Shown here one piece after another: positions 8,316 to 18,096 of a DNA stretch of 64,000 nt. A model generated the notes under the pieces. The model worked only from the letters and a program-made list of their open reading frames with translations. It was not told the DNA's origin and did not search any database. Position 1 is the stretch's first letter. The number at the start of each line of letters is the position of its first letter. This DNA comes from Nitrospirota bacterium. GTDB taxonomy: Bacteria > Nitrospirota > UBA9217. A program made the position numbers and the translations under genes. The stretch spans positions 17,011-81,010 of the forward strand of contig JAKAHZ010000002.1 in NCBI GenBank assembly GCA_021814615.1, read 5' to 3'.

Positions 8316-8690
8316 ATGTCAAAACCTTCGCGCAGGAGCCACCGAAGCGTCTCCGCGAAGCCGGACCTCCGCGGCCGCGTATGGATCGACGGGCCGGAAG
8401 GAACCTTCTTCGGCCATGGCAGGGCGGTCCTGCTCGAGCGGATCATCGAATACGGTTCGATCACGAAAGCCGCGAAATCGATGAAGATGGCGTACCGCCA
8501 TGCCTGGGATCTGGTGGACTCCATGAACCGCCAGGCAAAGGAGCCCTTTGTCGAAGTCGCCACAGGCGGCAGGGGCGGCGGCGGGGCTACGGTGACGGCG
8601 GCGGGAAAACGCACAATCAGGCTTTTCTGGAAGTTCCAGAAGGACCTCGCTGACTTTTTGAAAAAAGAAGAAAAGAAACTCAAGCTCTAA
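8316..8690 (+). CDS. modE: ModE-family regulator, N-terminal winged-helix domain only
   Basis: FGHGRAVLLERIIEYGSITKAAKSMKMAYRHAW and GGRGGGGATVT motifs; lies upstream of tup genes. Confidence 0.85.
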   Translation: MSKPSRRSHRSVSAKPDLRGRVWIDGPEGTFFGHGRAVLLERIIEYGSITKAAKSMKMAYRHAWDLVDSMNRQAKEPFVEVATGGRGGGGATVTAAGKRTIRLFWKFQKDLADFLKKEEKKLKL

Positions 8691-8710
8691 GCATGCTCAG
8701 GAGGACCACC

Positions 8711-9562
8711 GTGAAAAAATTCTTTCTGGCGATGTGCTTCGCCGCGGCTGCGCTCACCCTCATATGCGGTCCCGTCCCCGCGGACGAACCGTCGCCGAAA
8801 AAAATCATGCTCGCCAGCACCATCGGCCCCATCGACGCGGGCATCGTCGGCGCGCTGGAAAGCGCCTTCACGAAGAAGACCGGCATCGTTGTCGAGCATA
8901 CCGGCGCCGGCACGGGCCAGGCGCTCAAACTGGCGGAAACGGGTAACTACGATCTCGTGCTAGTGCATGCCAAGGCGCTGGAGGAGAAATTCGTTGCCGC
9001 AGGCTTCGGCACGAAGCGCTATGACCTCATGTATAACGACTTCGTCATCCTCGGCCCGGCCGCAGATCCTGCGAAGATCCGGGGAATGAAGGACGCCGCC
9101 GCTGCGCTCAGAAGGATCGCGGAAACGCAGGCTGCCTTCATCACTCGCGGCGACAAGTCGGGCACGCATGTCAAGGAACTGGAGGTCTGGAAAAAGGCGG
9201 GCATCGACCCGAAGGGTGCCTGGTACGCGGTCTTTCCCGAAGGCGCGAAAGGAAATGCCGCAACGCTCGCCTACACGAACGACAAGCAGGCCTACACCAT
9301 CATGGACCGCGCCACCTGCATCACTCTGAAAGCGAAGATTTCCCTCCAGACACTGGTGGAACGAGACGATATTCTGCTGAACTACATCACCTTGATCCCC
9401 GTCAACCCTGCCAAATTCCCGCAGGTCCGTCATGCCGAGGCCATGCAGTTCGTGGACTGGCTCCAGGGCAGGGAAGCGCAAACCATCATCCGCGATTTCG
9501 GCAAGGACCAGTACGACGAGCCGCTCTTCTTTCCCAACGCACCGGAGGGAAAGAAGTTGTAA
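8711..9562 (+). CDS. tupA: Tungstate/molybdate ABC substrate-binding protein, TupA family (variant motif STIGP)
   Basis: GTGQAL, MYNDFVILGP and RGDKSGTH motifs; signal peptide; GTG start after GAGG (ORF track start 8693). Confidence 0.82.
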   Translation: MKKFFLAMCFAAAALTLICGPVPADEPSPKKIMLASTIGPIDAGIVGALESAFTKKTGIVVEHTGAGTGQALKLAETGNYDLVLVHAKALEEKFVAAGFGTKRYDLMYNDFVILGPAADPAKIRGMKDAAAALRRIAETQAAFITRGDKSGTHVKELEVWKKAGIDPKGAWYAVFPEGAKGNAATLAYTNDKQAYTIMDRATCITLKAKISLQTLVERDDILLNYITLIPVNPAKFPQVRHAEAMQFVDWLQGREAQTIIRDFGKDQYDEPLFFPNAPEGKKL

Positions 9563-9619
9563 CCCTGCCGACGATGGATTCGCCCCGTCTCGCCGATCTC
9601 ATCTTCCGAGGAGGAACGC

Positions 9620-10435
9620 ATGTTGAAAAGAATTGTTCTGTCCGCCCTGACGCTGATCCTGATCGCCGCCGCTGTCGCAACGGCCGAGACGCGCATCCGC
9701 ATGGCCTCGACCACCAGCACCCAGAATTCCGGTCTCTTCGAATACCTGCTGCCGATCTTCGAGAAAAAGACGGGCATCAGGATCGATGTGGTTGCCGTGG
9801 GCACCGGCGCAGCGATCGAGATCGGAAAGCGCGGCGACGCGGACCTGGTCTTCGTCCATGCCAGGGAGCAGGAGCTGAAAGCGGTGGAGGAAGGGTTCTT
9901 CGTGAACCGGCACGACGTGATGTACAACGATTTCGTGATCATCGGGCCGCCCGCCGATCCCGCCAGGGTAAAAGGCATGCGATCGGCTGCCGACGCTCTG
10001 AAGGCGATCGCCGCTTCGGGCGCTCCCTTCGTATCGCGCGGCGACAAATCGGGCACGCACACGAAAGAGCTCTCGCTCTGGAAAAAGGCCGGCATCGAGC
10101 CGGCAGGCCAGAAATGGTATCTCGAGGTCGGCCAGGGCATGGAGAAGACCCAGCGCGTGGCCGACGAGAAGCGGGCATATACGCTCACGGACCGCGGAAC
10201 CTGGCTCGCGACAAAGGACAAGGATAAGCTGGACCTTGCCCTGCTCCTTGAAGGCGACCCCGCGCTCTTCAACCAGTACGGCGTCATGGCGGTGAATCCC
10301 GAAAAGAGCAAAGGCGTAAAATATAAGGAAGCCATGGAATTCGTGAACTGGATCATCTCGAAGGAGGGCCAGGACGCTGTCGCGGCCTTCAAGGACAAGA
10401 ACGGGAACCCGCTCTTCATTCCGAACGCGAAATAA
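9620..10435 (+). CDS. tupA: Tungstate ABC substrate-binding protein
   Basis: MASTTSTQNSGL, VGTGAA, MYNDFVIIGP and SRGDKSGTH motifs. Confidence 0.92.
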   Translation: MLKRIVLSALTLILIAAAVATAETRIRMASTTSTQNSGLFEYLLPIFEKKTGIRIDVVAVGTGAAIEIGKRGDADLVFVHAREQELKAVEEGFFVNRHDVMYNDFVIIGPPADPARVKGMRSAADALKAIAASGAPFVSRGDKSGTHTKELSLWKKAGIEPAGQKWYLEVGQGMEKTQRVADEKRAYTLTDRGTWLATKDKDKLDLALLLEGDPALFNQYGVMAVNPEKSKGVKYKEAMEFVNWIISKEGQDAVAAFKDKNGNPLFIPNAK

Positions 10436-10446
10436 TAGCTTCAGCT

Positions 10447-10514
10447 GGCCCGGACCGGCGCGGAACACGGACCGATACCCCCCCTGGCCCTCCAGCCGGG
10501 TCCGGGTCTTTTTC
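10447..10514 (+). terminator. Intercistronic stem-loop/terminator after the second tupA
   Basis: GGCCCGGACC...GGTCCGGGTC followed by a T run. Confidence 0.5.
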
Positions 10515-10519
10515 GATAG

Positions 10520-11224
10520 ATGACCGCACTTCTTGACGGATTTCTTCAGGCGTTGCAGCTGATCCTCCGCCTCGACCGGCAGCTCGTCGAGATTATCCTG
10601 CTGTCCCTGGAGGTTTCCGGCCTCGCGCTTGCCATCGCCACGCTTGTCGGCCTTCCGCTGGGCGCCCTGCTCGGTCTTCGCCGGTTTCCGGGCAAAGACC
10701 TCGTCGTAAGCTCCGTCAACACCCTGATGGGCCTTCCTCCGGTGGTTGTCGGGCTCTTCCTCTATCTACTGCTGTCCCGCAAGGGAACGCTGGGGTTTCT
10801 CGGCCTGCTCTACACCCCCTCCGCCATGATCATTGCCCAGACAATCCTGGCCTTGCCCATCGTGATCGCGCTCTGCCATGCCGCCATCGTGGCCGTTGAT
10901 CCGCTCCTGCACCAGGCGGCCCGCACCCTGGGAGCGACGAAGCGACAGCTGACGATCACGATCATCAACGAGGCGCGATACGGCATCCTGTCGGCAGTCA
11001 TCGCTGCATTCGGACGCGTGGCGGCCGAGGTTGGCTCCATCCTGATCGTGGGCGGCAACATCGCGGGGTATACGCGGGTCATGACGACGACGATCGCCCT
11101 GGAGACGGACAAGGGCAACTTCGAGCTGGCGCTCGCCCTGGGGATCATCCTGCTTCTGCTTTCCTTCCTCGTGAATGCGCTGTTACATTTCGTCCAGCAG
11201 AGAGGTCTGACGGGCCGGCCATGA
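10520..11224 (+). CDS. tupB: Tungstate ABC permease
   Basis: LMGLPPVVVGL, AFGRVAAEVG and GGNIAGYTRVMTTTIALET motifs. Confidence 0.92.
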   Translation: MTALLDGFLQALQLILRLDRQLVEIILLSLEVSGLALAIATLVGLPLGALLGLRRFPGKDLVVSSVNTLMGLPPVVVGLFLYLLLSRKGTLGFLGLLYTPSAMIIAQTILALPIVIALCHAAIVAVDPLLHQAARTLGATKRQLTITIINEARYGILSAVIAAFGRVAAEVGSILIVGGNIAGYTRVMTTTIALETDKGNFELALALGIILLLLSFLVNALLHFVQQRGLTGRP

Positions 11225-11871
11225 TCCTGTCGCTCGATGACATAGCAAAACAGTACGAAGGCAAGCCCGTTCTCCGGAGATGCTCGTTCACCTTCGAGCG
11301 CCGCGGCATTCATGTGCTCATGGGATCGAACGGCAGCGGCAAATCCACGCTTCTCCGGATCATGGCGCTCCTGGAAGCGCCGGACAGCGGAGCGGTCCTC
11401 TACCGTCAGCCGGACCGTATCCTCGCACAGGATCTGGATCTGCGGCGCAGGATCACGCTCGTCCTTTCCCGCACCGGCGTGTTCAATACGACGGTATTCC
11501 GGAACGTGGCATACGGACTGAAGATCCGCGGCATCCATTCCGCATACCTGGAGGAACGGGTCGTCAAGGCGCTCGGCCAGGTCGGCCTGGACGGTCAACG
11601 CGATCAGCGGGCCCTCACCCTTTCGAGCGGCGAAACCCAGCGATTGGGCCTCGCGCGCGCCCTGGTCATCGAACCCGACATCCTCTTCCTCGACGAGCCC
11701 ACGGCATCCATCGACGACGAGAACACGGCGATCATCGAATCGATCATCCTCGGCCTGAAGAATGAAAAGAGGACCATGGTCGTGATGACGACCCACGATA
11801 AGGATCAGGCCGAGCGGCTGGCGGACCGGTTGATCATGCTGAAGAACGGGGTGCTGGAGGCGGTGAAGTGA
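11221..11871 (+). CDS. tupC: Tungstate ABC ATPase
   Basis: Walker A GSNGSGKST, LSSGETQR, Walker B LFLDEPT; start overlaps the tupB stop. Confidence 0.88.
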   Translation: MILSLDDIAKQYEGKPVLRRCSFTFERRGIHVLMGSNGSGKSTLLRIMALLEAPDSGAVLYRQPDRILAQDLDLRRRITLVLSRTGVFNTTVFRNVAYGLKIRGIHSAYLEERVVKALGQVGLDGQRDQRALTLSSGETQRLGLARALVIEPDILFLDEPTASIDDENTAIIESIILGLKNEKRTMVVMTTHDKDQAERLADRLIMLKNGVLEAVK

Positions 11872-12068
11872 GATGAGAAGAGCCGGACCGATGACAGAAA
11901 CGCGTTCTTTTCCCGCGGAACGCAGAGAAAACAAAGGCTGAAATCCCTGGATCCCCGATAGAGTCATTGGGGAATGACGATCAGGGGCCAGATCCGCCGT
12001 TATCCGCGTTCATCCGCGTCTCAAACATTCCTTGCGTCTTCGCGTCTGCGATCTTGTCCTGAAAGAAC

Positions 12069-12716
12069 CTACCGGAAGGCGAAATTCCCCATGAAGATCT
12101 GATAGCAGCTGAAGGCGATCAGGATGCCGCCGGTCACGTACCGGATGAGCGCTTCCTGCCGCGCCATCTTCCTGAGCGCATGCTGCAGCAGGTGGGAAGT
12201 ATACGCCACGGCCAGCATGGGAATGGCCAGGCCGAGGGAGTAGAACCCGAGCAGGATGACGCCCTTCAGGAGCTGCCCGCTCGTGCCGACCATGGTCAGG
12301 ATGCTCGACAGGAACGGACCGATGCACGGAACCCAGACCAGCCCCAGGGCCATGCCCAGGACCAGCGCACTCCACCGCCCCTCGCCCTTCACCCGGATGT
12401 TCGAGAGCTGATAGAACCGCTTGAAGATGTTGATGTTGAACAGGACCAGGATGCCCATGATCATGATGATCGCTGCGCCGGCGAGCTCGATGTACCGGGT
12501 GCGTCCGATCAGGAGCGCGCCGAAGAGCGACGACACCGCGCCCATGAGCATGAAGGTGAGCGATAGTCCGAAGACCACCAGAAGCGGACGGAGCCGGTCA
12601 TCCTTCTCCGCGCCTCCGGCGACCACCACAGGAACGACAGGCAGCACGCAGGGAGAGAGCACGCTCGCCAGGCCCGCGCCCACGGCGAGCAGAATATTGG
12701 AAATGCCGAGGTCCAT
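12069..12716 (-). CDS. ccdA: CcdA/DsbD-like transmembrane electron carrier
   Basis: LSPCVLP and WVPCIGP cysteine motifs in a multi-TM protein. Confidence 0.9.
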   Translation of the reverse strand: MDLGISNILLAVGAGLASVLSPCVLPVVPVVVAGGAEKDDRLRPLLVVFGLSLTFMLMGAVSSLFGALLIGRTRYIELAGAAIIMIMGILVLFNINIFKRFYQLSNIRVKGEGRWSALVLGMALGLVWVPCIGPFLSSILTMVGTSGQLLKGVILLGFYSLGLAIPMLAVAYTSHLLQHALRKMARQEALIRYVTGGILIAFSCYQIFMGNFAFR

Positions 12717-12719
12717 CTG

Positions 12720-13124
12720 TTATTTCGTCTTGTCCAGGGTCGCGGCCAGGGTTTCGTAGGACTGAATGCCCGGCGGGAAAAACTGTGCGATCTTGCCTTT
12801 CTTGTCCACGATCACCAGCGTGGGAAGACTGCGAATGCCGTACTCGTAGAACGCCTGCTGATCTTCCTGCTTCATGGTGCTCACCACCGCGACGTTGAAG
12901 TTGCCGCCCCGGTCCTTGAACAGCTGGTCGATGATCTGTTTCTGCGCATTGCACGGGCCCCCCATGGGATTCGCGAAGAATACAATGGTGTTCTTCTTGC
13001 CCGACCCGATGACCTTCTTGAGCTCCGGCGTGCTGAGCGGAGCAGCCGTGCCGCCGGCTGTTGCCGGACCCGCTGCAACGAACAGCGCAGCCACAAAGGA
13101 CAGAACCACGATCATTCTTTTCAT
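12720..13124 (-). CDS. Exported thioredoxin-fold protein with single-Cys motif (GGPC)
   Basis: Signal peptide, FFANPMGGPC, YGIRSLPTLVIVD (cis-Pro loop); directly upstream of ccdA. Confidence 0.8.
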   Translation of the reverse strand: MKRMIVVLSFVAALFVAAGPATAGGTAAPLSTPELKKVIGSGKKNTIVFFANPMGGPCNAQKQIIDQLFKDRGGNFNVAVVSTMKQEDQQAFYEYGIRSLPTLVIVDKKGKIAQFFPPGIQSYETLAATLDKTK

Positions 13125-13162
13125 GACATTCTCCTTCAGAGACAGTTTCAACATATTGCGAC

Positions 13163-13191
13163 ATAGTACCAACCCTTTACGGCAGTGTCAA
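13163..13191 (-). promoter_or_regulatory. Sigma70-type promoter of the thioredoxin-ccdA pair
   Basis: Minus strand TTGACA-17-TACTAT. Confidence 0.6.
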
Positions 13192-13437
13192 TAAAACAGA
13201 TGTCACATTTCGGCGTTTTTCATGGGAAGCGCTTTGTTTTATCCTGGAGAACGTTGTTTCGTTCGCATCCGTCAACCGAACATGACAATCAAGTGCTTCC
13301 GCACGCTGCATCGCGCGGGATTGTCTTTGTGTTCTCTTCTCTATATAATAAGCTTCGAATTGACGCCCGCTTGCATGTTGACAGCGGTCCGGCTAACTCG
13401 CCGAAGCCGGCGATGTGAATGCCGGGAGAGGATGTGC

Positions 13438-14115
13438 ATGGCCCAACCGTGGCAGACAATCGAGAAGGTAGGCACGCCCGACGGAGTGCTCGAACTCCGC
13501 AGGCGGGGAGACGGTGTTTTCCTGATCCTGGTCAACGGCCGAGTGCTCATGAACAGCTATGCGAACCGCTCGGAGCTCGCGCTGGGCGAACTGGCAGCCA
13601 CAGCGGTTTCCTCCCGGCCCCGGCCGCGGGTGCTGATCGGCGGACTCGGCATGGGCTTGACGCTCAGGGCGACGCTCGATAAGCTGCCCGGCGCCGCAGA
13701 GGTCGTGGTGGCTGAACTGAATCCCGTCGTCGTCACGTGGTGCAACGGTCCGCTTGCGGAGCTGAACAAGAACGCCGTCGCTGATCCTCGCGTCCGGATT
13801 GCCATCGATGATGTCGCAACGGTCATCGCTACGGCGGCCTTGCCGGCCTCTGAACGGTTTGACGCCGTCATCATCGATCTCTATGAGGGACCAGGCGCGT
13901 CAACCGATGCTGTCAACGATCCCTTTTACGGGAATCGCGCGCTCACGACAACGAAGGCGGCGCTTTCTCCGGGAGGCGCGTTTGCGGTATGGGGCGAGAA
14001 TCCTGATGCAGGGTTTGAAAAGAGGCTCTCAAGCGCGGGCTTCACTTTTCAGCGGCTTCGGCCGGGAAAAGGCGGTCTCCGGCATGTGGTGTATCTGGCG
14101 AGGAAGGAACGGTAG
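13438..14115 (+). CDS. Spermidine-synthase-like SAM-dependent transferase
   Basis: VLMNS, VLIGGLGMG, VAELNP and FDAVIIDLYEGP motifs; start MAQPW. Confidence 0.85.
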   Translation: MAQPWQTIEKVGTPDGVLELRRRGDGVFLILVNGRVLMNSYANRSELALGELAATAVSSRPRPRVLIGGLGMGLTLRATLDKLPGAAEVVVAELNPVVVTWCNGPLAELNKNAVADPRVRIAIDDVATVIATAALPASERFDAVIIDLYEGPGASTDAVNDPFYGNRALTTTKAALSPGGAFAVWGENPDAGFEKRLSSAGFTFQRLRPGKGGLRHVVYLARKER

Positions 14116-14281
14116 GGCGCTCAATTTCCGGCGTTTTGCGTTTTTTCCCGGAAAGCGCAATCGAGGCGTTTCTCAAGACCTCGCCGCGCTTCCACGATCA
14201 CCAGGATATTCAGGTAAGATTCAGTTAAGCAAAATCCTATCTCTGTGTGCTCTGTGGCAAACTTTATTTACTCCGGCTCCA

Positions 14282-14737
14282 TTACCGATGGTCGAGCGAC
14301 CAGATGAGCTTCGACGTCCCCTCGCCGAATCGGATGATCTTCCTGCCCTTGTGCTCTCGTAAAAACTGCTTCGCATCCGCTTCCGTTGTGAAGGGAATGG
14401 GCTCGTTCCCCATGGGGCCGAAGACATCGCTGCCGATCACGTAGAAGGCCTTCTTCGCATCGATCTCCTTCTTGGTGACATAATCCTTCACCGTAATGGA
14501 CGCCACATCCGCAGCGGTCTTGCCGGGAGCGTATTTCTTCACGTCGAGATAATACTTGAACGTGTCTTTCGGCCCGTCCATGACCGCACGGGTCGCATCG
14601 TTGAACGTGACGGTGCCCTGCCAGTCATGGTACGCATCGATGTACATGCCACAGACCGGGCAGCGCGCCCGCTCCTCGGCAAATGCAGGCGAGACGACAA
14701 GAAGCAGAAGAATTATGGCGAAAACGTGCCGTTGCAT
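14282..14737 (-). CDS. nosL: NosL-family periplasmic metal (Cu) chaperone
   Basis: CPVCGM and AFYVIGSDVFGPMG motifs. Confidence 0.85.
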   Translation of the reverse strand: MQRHVFAIILLLLVVSPAFAEERARCPVCGMYIDAYHDWQGTVTFNDATRAVMDGPKDTFKYYLDVKKYAPGKTAADVASITVKDYVTKKEIDAKKAFYVIGSDVFGPMGNEPIPFTTEADAKQFLREHKGRKIIRFGEGTSKLIWSLDHR

Positions 14738-14817
14738 GTTCGACTCCCCGCTCTCCCTGCGGCCACGTCATCCTGCCCGCCCGGCCCGCTGCGGACGGGC
14801 AGCATGACGCATGATAC

Positions 14818-15360
14818 CTACATCTTGTGTTCCATATGTTCCATGTGTTCCATGGACTTCATCTTCTTCATCTTCCGCTTGTCACGGATCATCTTCGTGT
14901 CTTCGTACATGTCCTCGTAAGCCAGCTTCATCGCTTCCTCGAAGGTAGCGAGCTTGCCCTGGTTGGTCTTGAGGAAATGCTCCGCATCCTCTTTCTTCTC
15001 AAAGGCCCATTTTCCCCGCTTCGACATCACGCCGGGCTTGTTCCCGCCCACGACCCAAAAGGCCTTCTCCGCGTCGATCAGCTGCTTGGTGTTGAAGTCG
15101 CCAACCATGATGGACTTCGGGGTCTTGTCGATATTCGTCGCCATGTCGATGGCAGCACAATGGATGCTGCAGGCGCCCATCTGGCTGCCGTCGTCATACT
15201 CCACCAGCATCCGCGAATAATCGAACATGCCCCGGTCCATGCCGCAAAACTTGCACGACTTGTGCGCTGCAACATCACTCTGCGCCAGCTGCGCAACAGC
15301 AATCCCCGCCACAACCACGCAGACTGCGAGAACCAAACCCAGAACCGGCAACCGTTTCAT
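14818..15360 (-). CDS. nosL: NosL-family protein with Met/His-rich tail
   Basis: CKFCGM, CSIHC, AFWVVGG..PGVMS; tail MEHMEHMEHKM. Confidence 0.85.
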   Translation of the reverse strand: MKRLPVLGLVLAVCVVVAGIAVAQLAQSDVAAHKSCKFCGMDRGMFDYSRMLVEYDDGSQMGACSIHCAAIDMATNIDKTPKSIMVGDFNTKQLIDAEKAFWVVGGNKPGVMSKRGKWAFEKKEDAEHFLKTNQGKLATFEEAMKLAYEDMYEDTKMIRDKRKMKKMKSMEHMEHMEHKM

Positions 15361-15507
15361 GATGCACCTCCAGAAGATTTGGTCACATACACTGTCAAGT
15401 GTAGCGTGTCGGCGGTGTATGTCAAGGTTGAGTTTGAAAATCGGGATGCAGGTGATAGGGAAAGCGCAGGAGACCGCGGAACAGGATGTTTGAAAGACAG
15501 CCGGGAA

Positions 15508-16053
15508 TCAACGTCGGGAGCCGATCGCCTGCTCCAGCTTGATCTCGATGGTATTCTTTTCATCGGAAACCCAGGCTTGTCCTTCCTGAATGGTAACCTG
15601 CAGGCGCATGCTCCGGCCAGCCATCCCGGCAAGAGCCTTGGTGGCAGCAGGCGGCAGAACGGTCACGCTCAGGTTCTCCGTTCGCGCCGGCAGGCTTTTC
15701 ATCCCTTCGAGCCATGGGCCGTTGCCGCTCCCGTAGGCGTACACCACCACCTGCCTGCTTCGGCCGCAGGCCTTGCGAAGCCGCTTTTCATCGGGCTGGC
15801 CCACGTCGATCCAGAGTTCCAGGGCCCCGGTAAGGTCCTTGCGCCACAGTGACGGTTCGTCCTCGTTCGCCACGCTGTCGCCCAGCGCCAGGGCCTCATC
15901 CGCATGCAGGGCGAAGGCCAGCAGCCGGACCATCATGCGTTCGTCGTTCTCCGAGGGGTGGCGCGCGAGCGTGACGCTATGGTCCGCGTAGTAGTTCCGC
16001 ACCATGTCCGAGATGTTGAGCTCCGCCTTGAAGATCGTGGATCTGAGCGCCAT
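15508..16053 (-). CDS. yaeQ: YaeQ family protein
   Basis: MALRSTIFKAEL, ARHPSENDERMMVRLLAF and WIDVGQPDEKR motifs. Confidence 0.93.
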   Translation of the reverse strand: MALRSTIFKAELNISDMVRNYYADHSVTLARHPSENDERMMVRLLAFALHADEALALGDSVANEDEPSLWRKDLTGALELWIDVGQPDEKRLRKACGRSRQVVVYAYGSGNGPWLEGMKSLPARTENLSVTVLPPAATKALAGMAGRSMRLQVTIQEGQAWVSDEKNTIEIKLEQAIGSRR

Positions 16054-16166
16054 GGGAACCTCCGGTCGAGCCAGATTATACGGCGGGCGGGAGCGAAAAG
16101 ATAGGCATTCCGCGGCCTATCCTTGCCGTTGCGGTTTGGCGCCATATTGTGTAAGATTCCAGCAAT

Positions 16167-17102
16167 ATGCTGCGCTACATCGCCAAACGGCTGCTGCTTG
16201 CCGTTCCCACACTCTTCGGGATCACTCTCATTACCTTCCTGCTCATGCATTCCCTTTCCGGCGATCCGGTAATGAACATGGTGGGAGAGCGTGCGAGCCC
16301 GGAAACGATCGCGCGGATCCGGGCCGAGCTCGGGGCGGATCGCTCCCTGCCGCTCCAGTACCTGGGCTACCTGAAACTCCTGGGCCAAGGCGAGCTCGGC
16401 CGCTCGCTCTACACGAACCGGAAGGTAAGCGACGATCTCCTCCAGAAGTTCCCGAACACCCTCAGGCTCGCTGCAGCCGCCATCCTCTTCGCCTCCCTGG
16501 GAGGCATCGTTCTCGGGATCATTTCCGCCGCGCTGCGCGGAACCTTCTGGGACCGGCTGGCCTCGCTCATTTCGATCGGAGGAATTTCCATCCCCGTGTT
16601 CTGGCTCGGCCTGACGCTCATGCTTGTCTTCGCGCTCTCCCTGCGCTGGCTCCCGCCCTCCGGCATGGGCAACAACGACCCTGCCTATCTCATCCTGCCC
16701 GCCATGACCCTGGGCGCCTTTTCCCTGGCCTACATCGCGCGGGTGACGCGTTCCTCGATGATCGAATCGCTTTCCCAGCCCTACGTTGCCGCCGCCCGCG
16801 CCAAGGGATTGCGGGAGATCGCGGTTGTGGGAAAGCATGCCTTCCGCAATTCGCTTATCCCCGTGGTCACGCTGATCGGTCTCGATCTGGGCTCCTACCT
16901 GAACGGCGCGGTCCTGACGGAAACGATCTTCGGCTGGGACGGCCTCGGCCGCTACGCGCTGGACGGCATCCTGAAGCGGGACTATCCGGTCATCATGGGC
17001 GTCGTGCTCTTCGGCGCCATGGTCTTCGTCGTCATGAACCTGCTCGTGGATATTTCCTATCACTACCTTGACCCGCGCATCCGGGTCAAGGCGGAATCGT
17101 AG
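16167..17102 (+). CDS. Peptide/nickel ABC permease (DppB/OppB-like)
   Basis: GDP, SIPVFWLG, ARAKGL..HAFRNSLIP, ETIF and RDYPVI motifs. Confidence 0.92.
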   Translation: MLRYIAKRLLLAVPTLFGITLITFLLMHSLSGDPVMNMVGERASPETIARIRAELGADRSLPLQYLGYLKLLGQGELGRSLYTNRKVSDDLLQKFPNTLRLAAAAILFASLGGIVLGIISAALRGTFWDRLASLISIGGISIPVFWLGLTLMLVFALSLRWLPPSGMGNNDPAYLILPAMTLGAFSLAYIARVTRSSMIESLSQPYVAAARAKGLREIAVVGKHAFRNSLIPVVTLIGLDLGSYLNGAVLTETIFGWDGLGRYALDGILKRDYPVIMGVVLFGAMVFVVMNLLVDISYHYLDPRIRVKAES

Positions 17103-17138
17103 ACACCAGTTGCGAGGGAACATGCGGGAATCCGGAGC

Positions 17139-17984
17139 ATGATCAAAACGCTTGTCAAAGACAGCACGGGCAATCTCCCGGTCCTCATCGCCGGCATCGT
17201 TGTCGCGCTTCTGGCGCTGACCGCGCTTTTCAGTCCCCTGCTCACGGCCTATGTCATCAAGCAGGATCCCCTTGCCATGGACCTGGACAGCCTGCGCGTG
17301 CCGCCCGGAAAGGCGCACCTGCTCGGCACGGACAGCAAGGGGCGGGACATCCTGAGCCGCATCATCGCAGGATCCAGGATCTCCCTTGCCGTGGGTCTCG
17401 CTGCCACAGCCCTGTCGCTGACCATCGGCGTCCTGCTCGGCCTGGCAGCGGGCTACTTCGGCGGCGCCGTCGATGCGGTGCTGTCCCAGATCTTCGATGT
17501 CTTCCTGGCTTTTCCGAGCCTGCTGCTCGCCATCGGCATCAGCGCCGTGCTGCAGCCGGGGCTCGCATCGGCCATGCTGGCCATCACGCTCGTGAGCTGG
17601 GCCGGATTCGCCCGGCTCGTCCGCGGCATCGCGCTCTCGCTCCGCGAACAGACCTACGTCGAGGCCTCCCGCGCACTGGGTGCGTCATCCGCCAGGATCC
17701 TCTTTCGCCATATCCTGCCGAACGCTTTGCCGCTGTTGCTCGTTGCGGCCAGCCTTCGTGTCGGCGGGTTCATCCTGCTCGAGGCCGCTCTGTCCTTCCT
17801 GGGCCTGGGCGTCCAGCCGCCCACTCCCACCTGGGGCTCCATGATCAGCCTGAACCGCGCGTATATCAGTTCGGCGCCCTGGACCGTCCTCTTCCCGGGG
17901 CTCACGATCAGCGTCAGCGTGATCGCCTTCAATATTATCGGCGATTACCTGCGGGACAAGCTCGACCCGAGGTTCCAGGCGTGA
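17139..17984 (+). CDS. Peptide/nickel ABC permease (DppC/OppC-like)
   Basis: HLLGTDSKGRDI, EASRALGA, HILPN and SFLGLGVQPPTPTWG motifs. Confidence 0.92.
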   Translation: MIKTLVKDSTGNLPVLIAGIVVALLALTALFSPLLTAYVIKQDPLAMDLDSLRVPPGKAHLLGTDSKGRDILSRIIAGSRISLAVGLAATALSLTIGVLLGLAAGYFGGAVDAVLSQIFDVFLAFPSLLLAIGISAVLQPGLASAMLAITLVSWAGFARLVRGIALSLREQTYVEASRALGASSARILFRHILPNALPLLLVAASLRVGGFILLEAALSFLGLGVQPPTPTWGSMISLNRAYISSAPWTVLFPGLTISVSVIAFNIIGDYLRDKLDPRFQA

Positions 17985-18096
17985 TCCGATTCAGGCGCCG
18001 ATATACACTTCGATTCGAAAGAGCCGGTGAATCTCCTGGGCTGGAAGCGATTTTCTTCGAGCCTTCCCGTCTTCGCGGCAGGCAGTTTGCTTTATC

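Noticed and set aside
12940-12975. Selenocysteine in the thioredoxin active site
   Set aside because: The codon at the first Cys position is GGG (Gly), not TGA.
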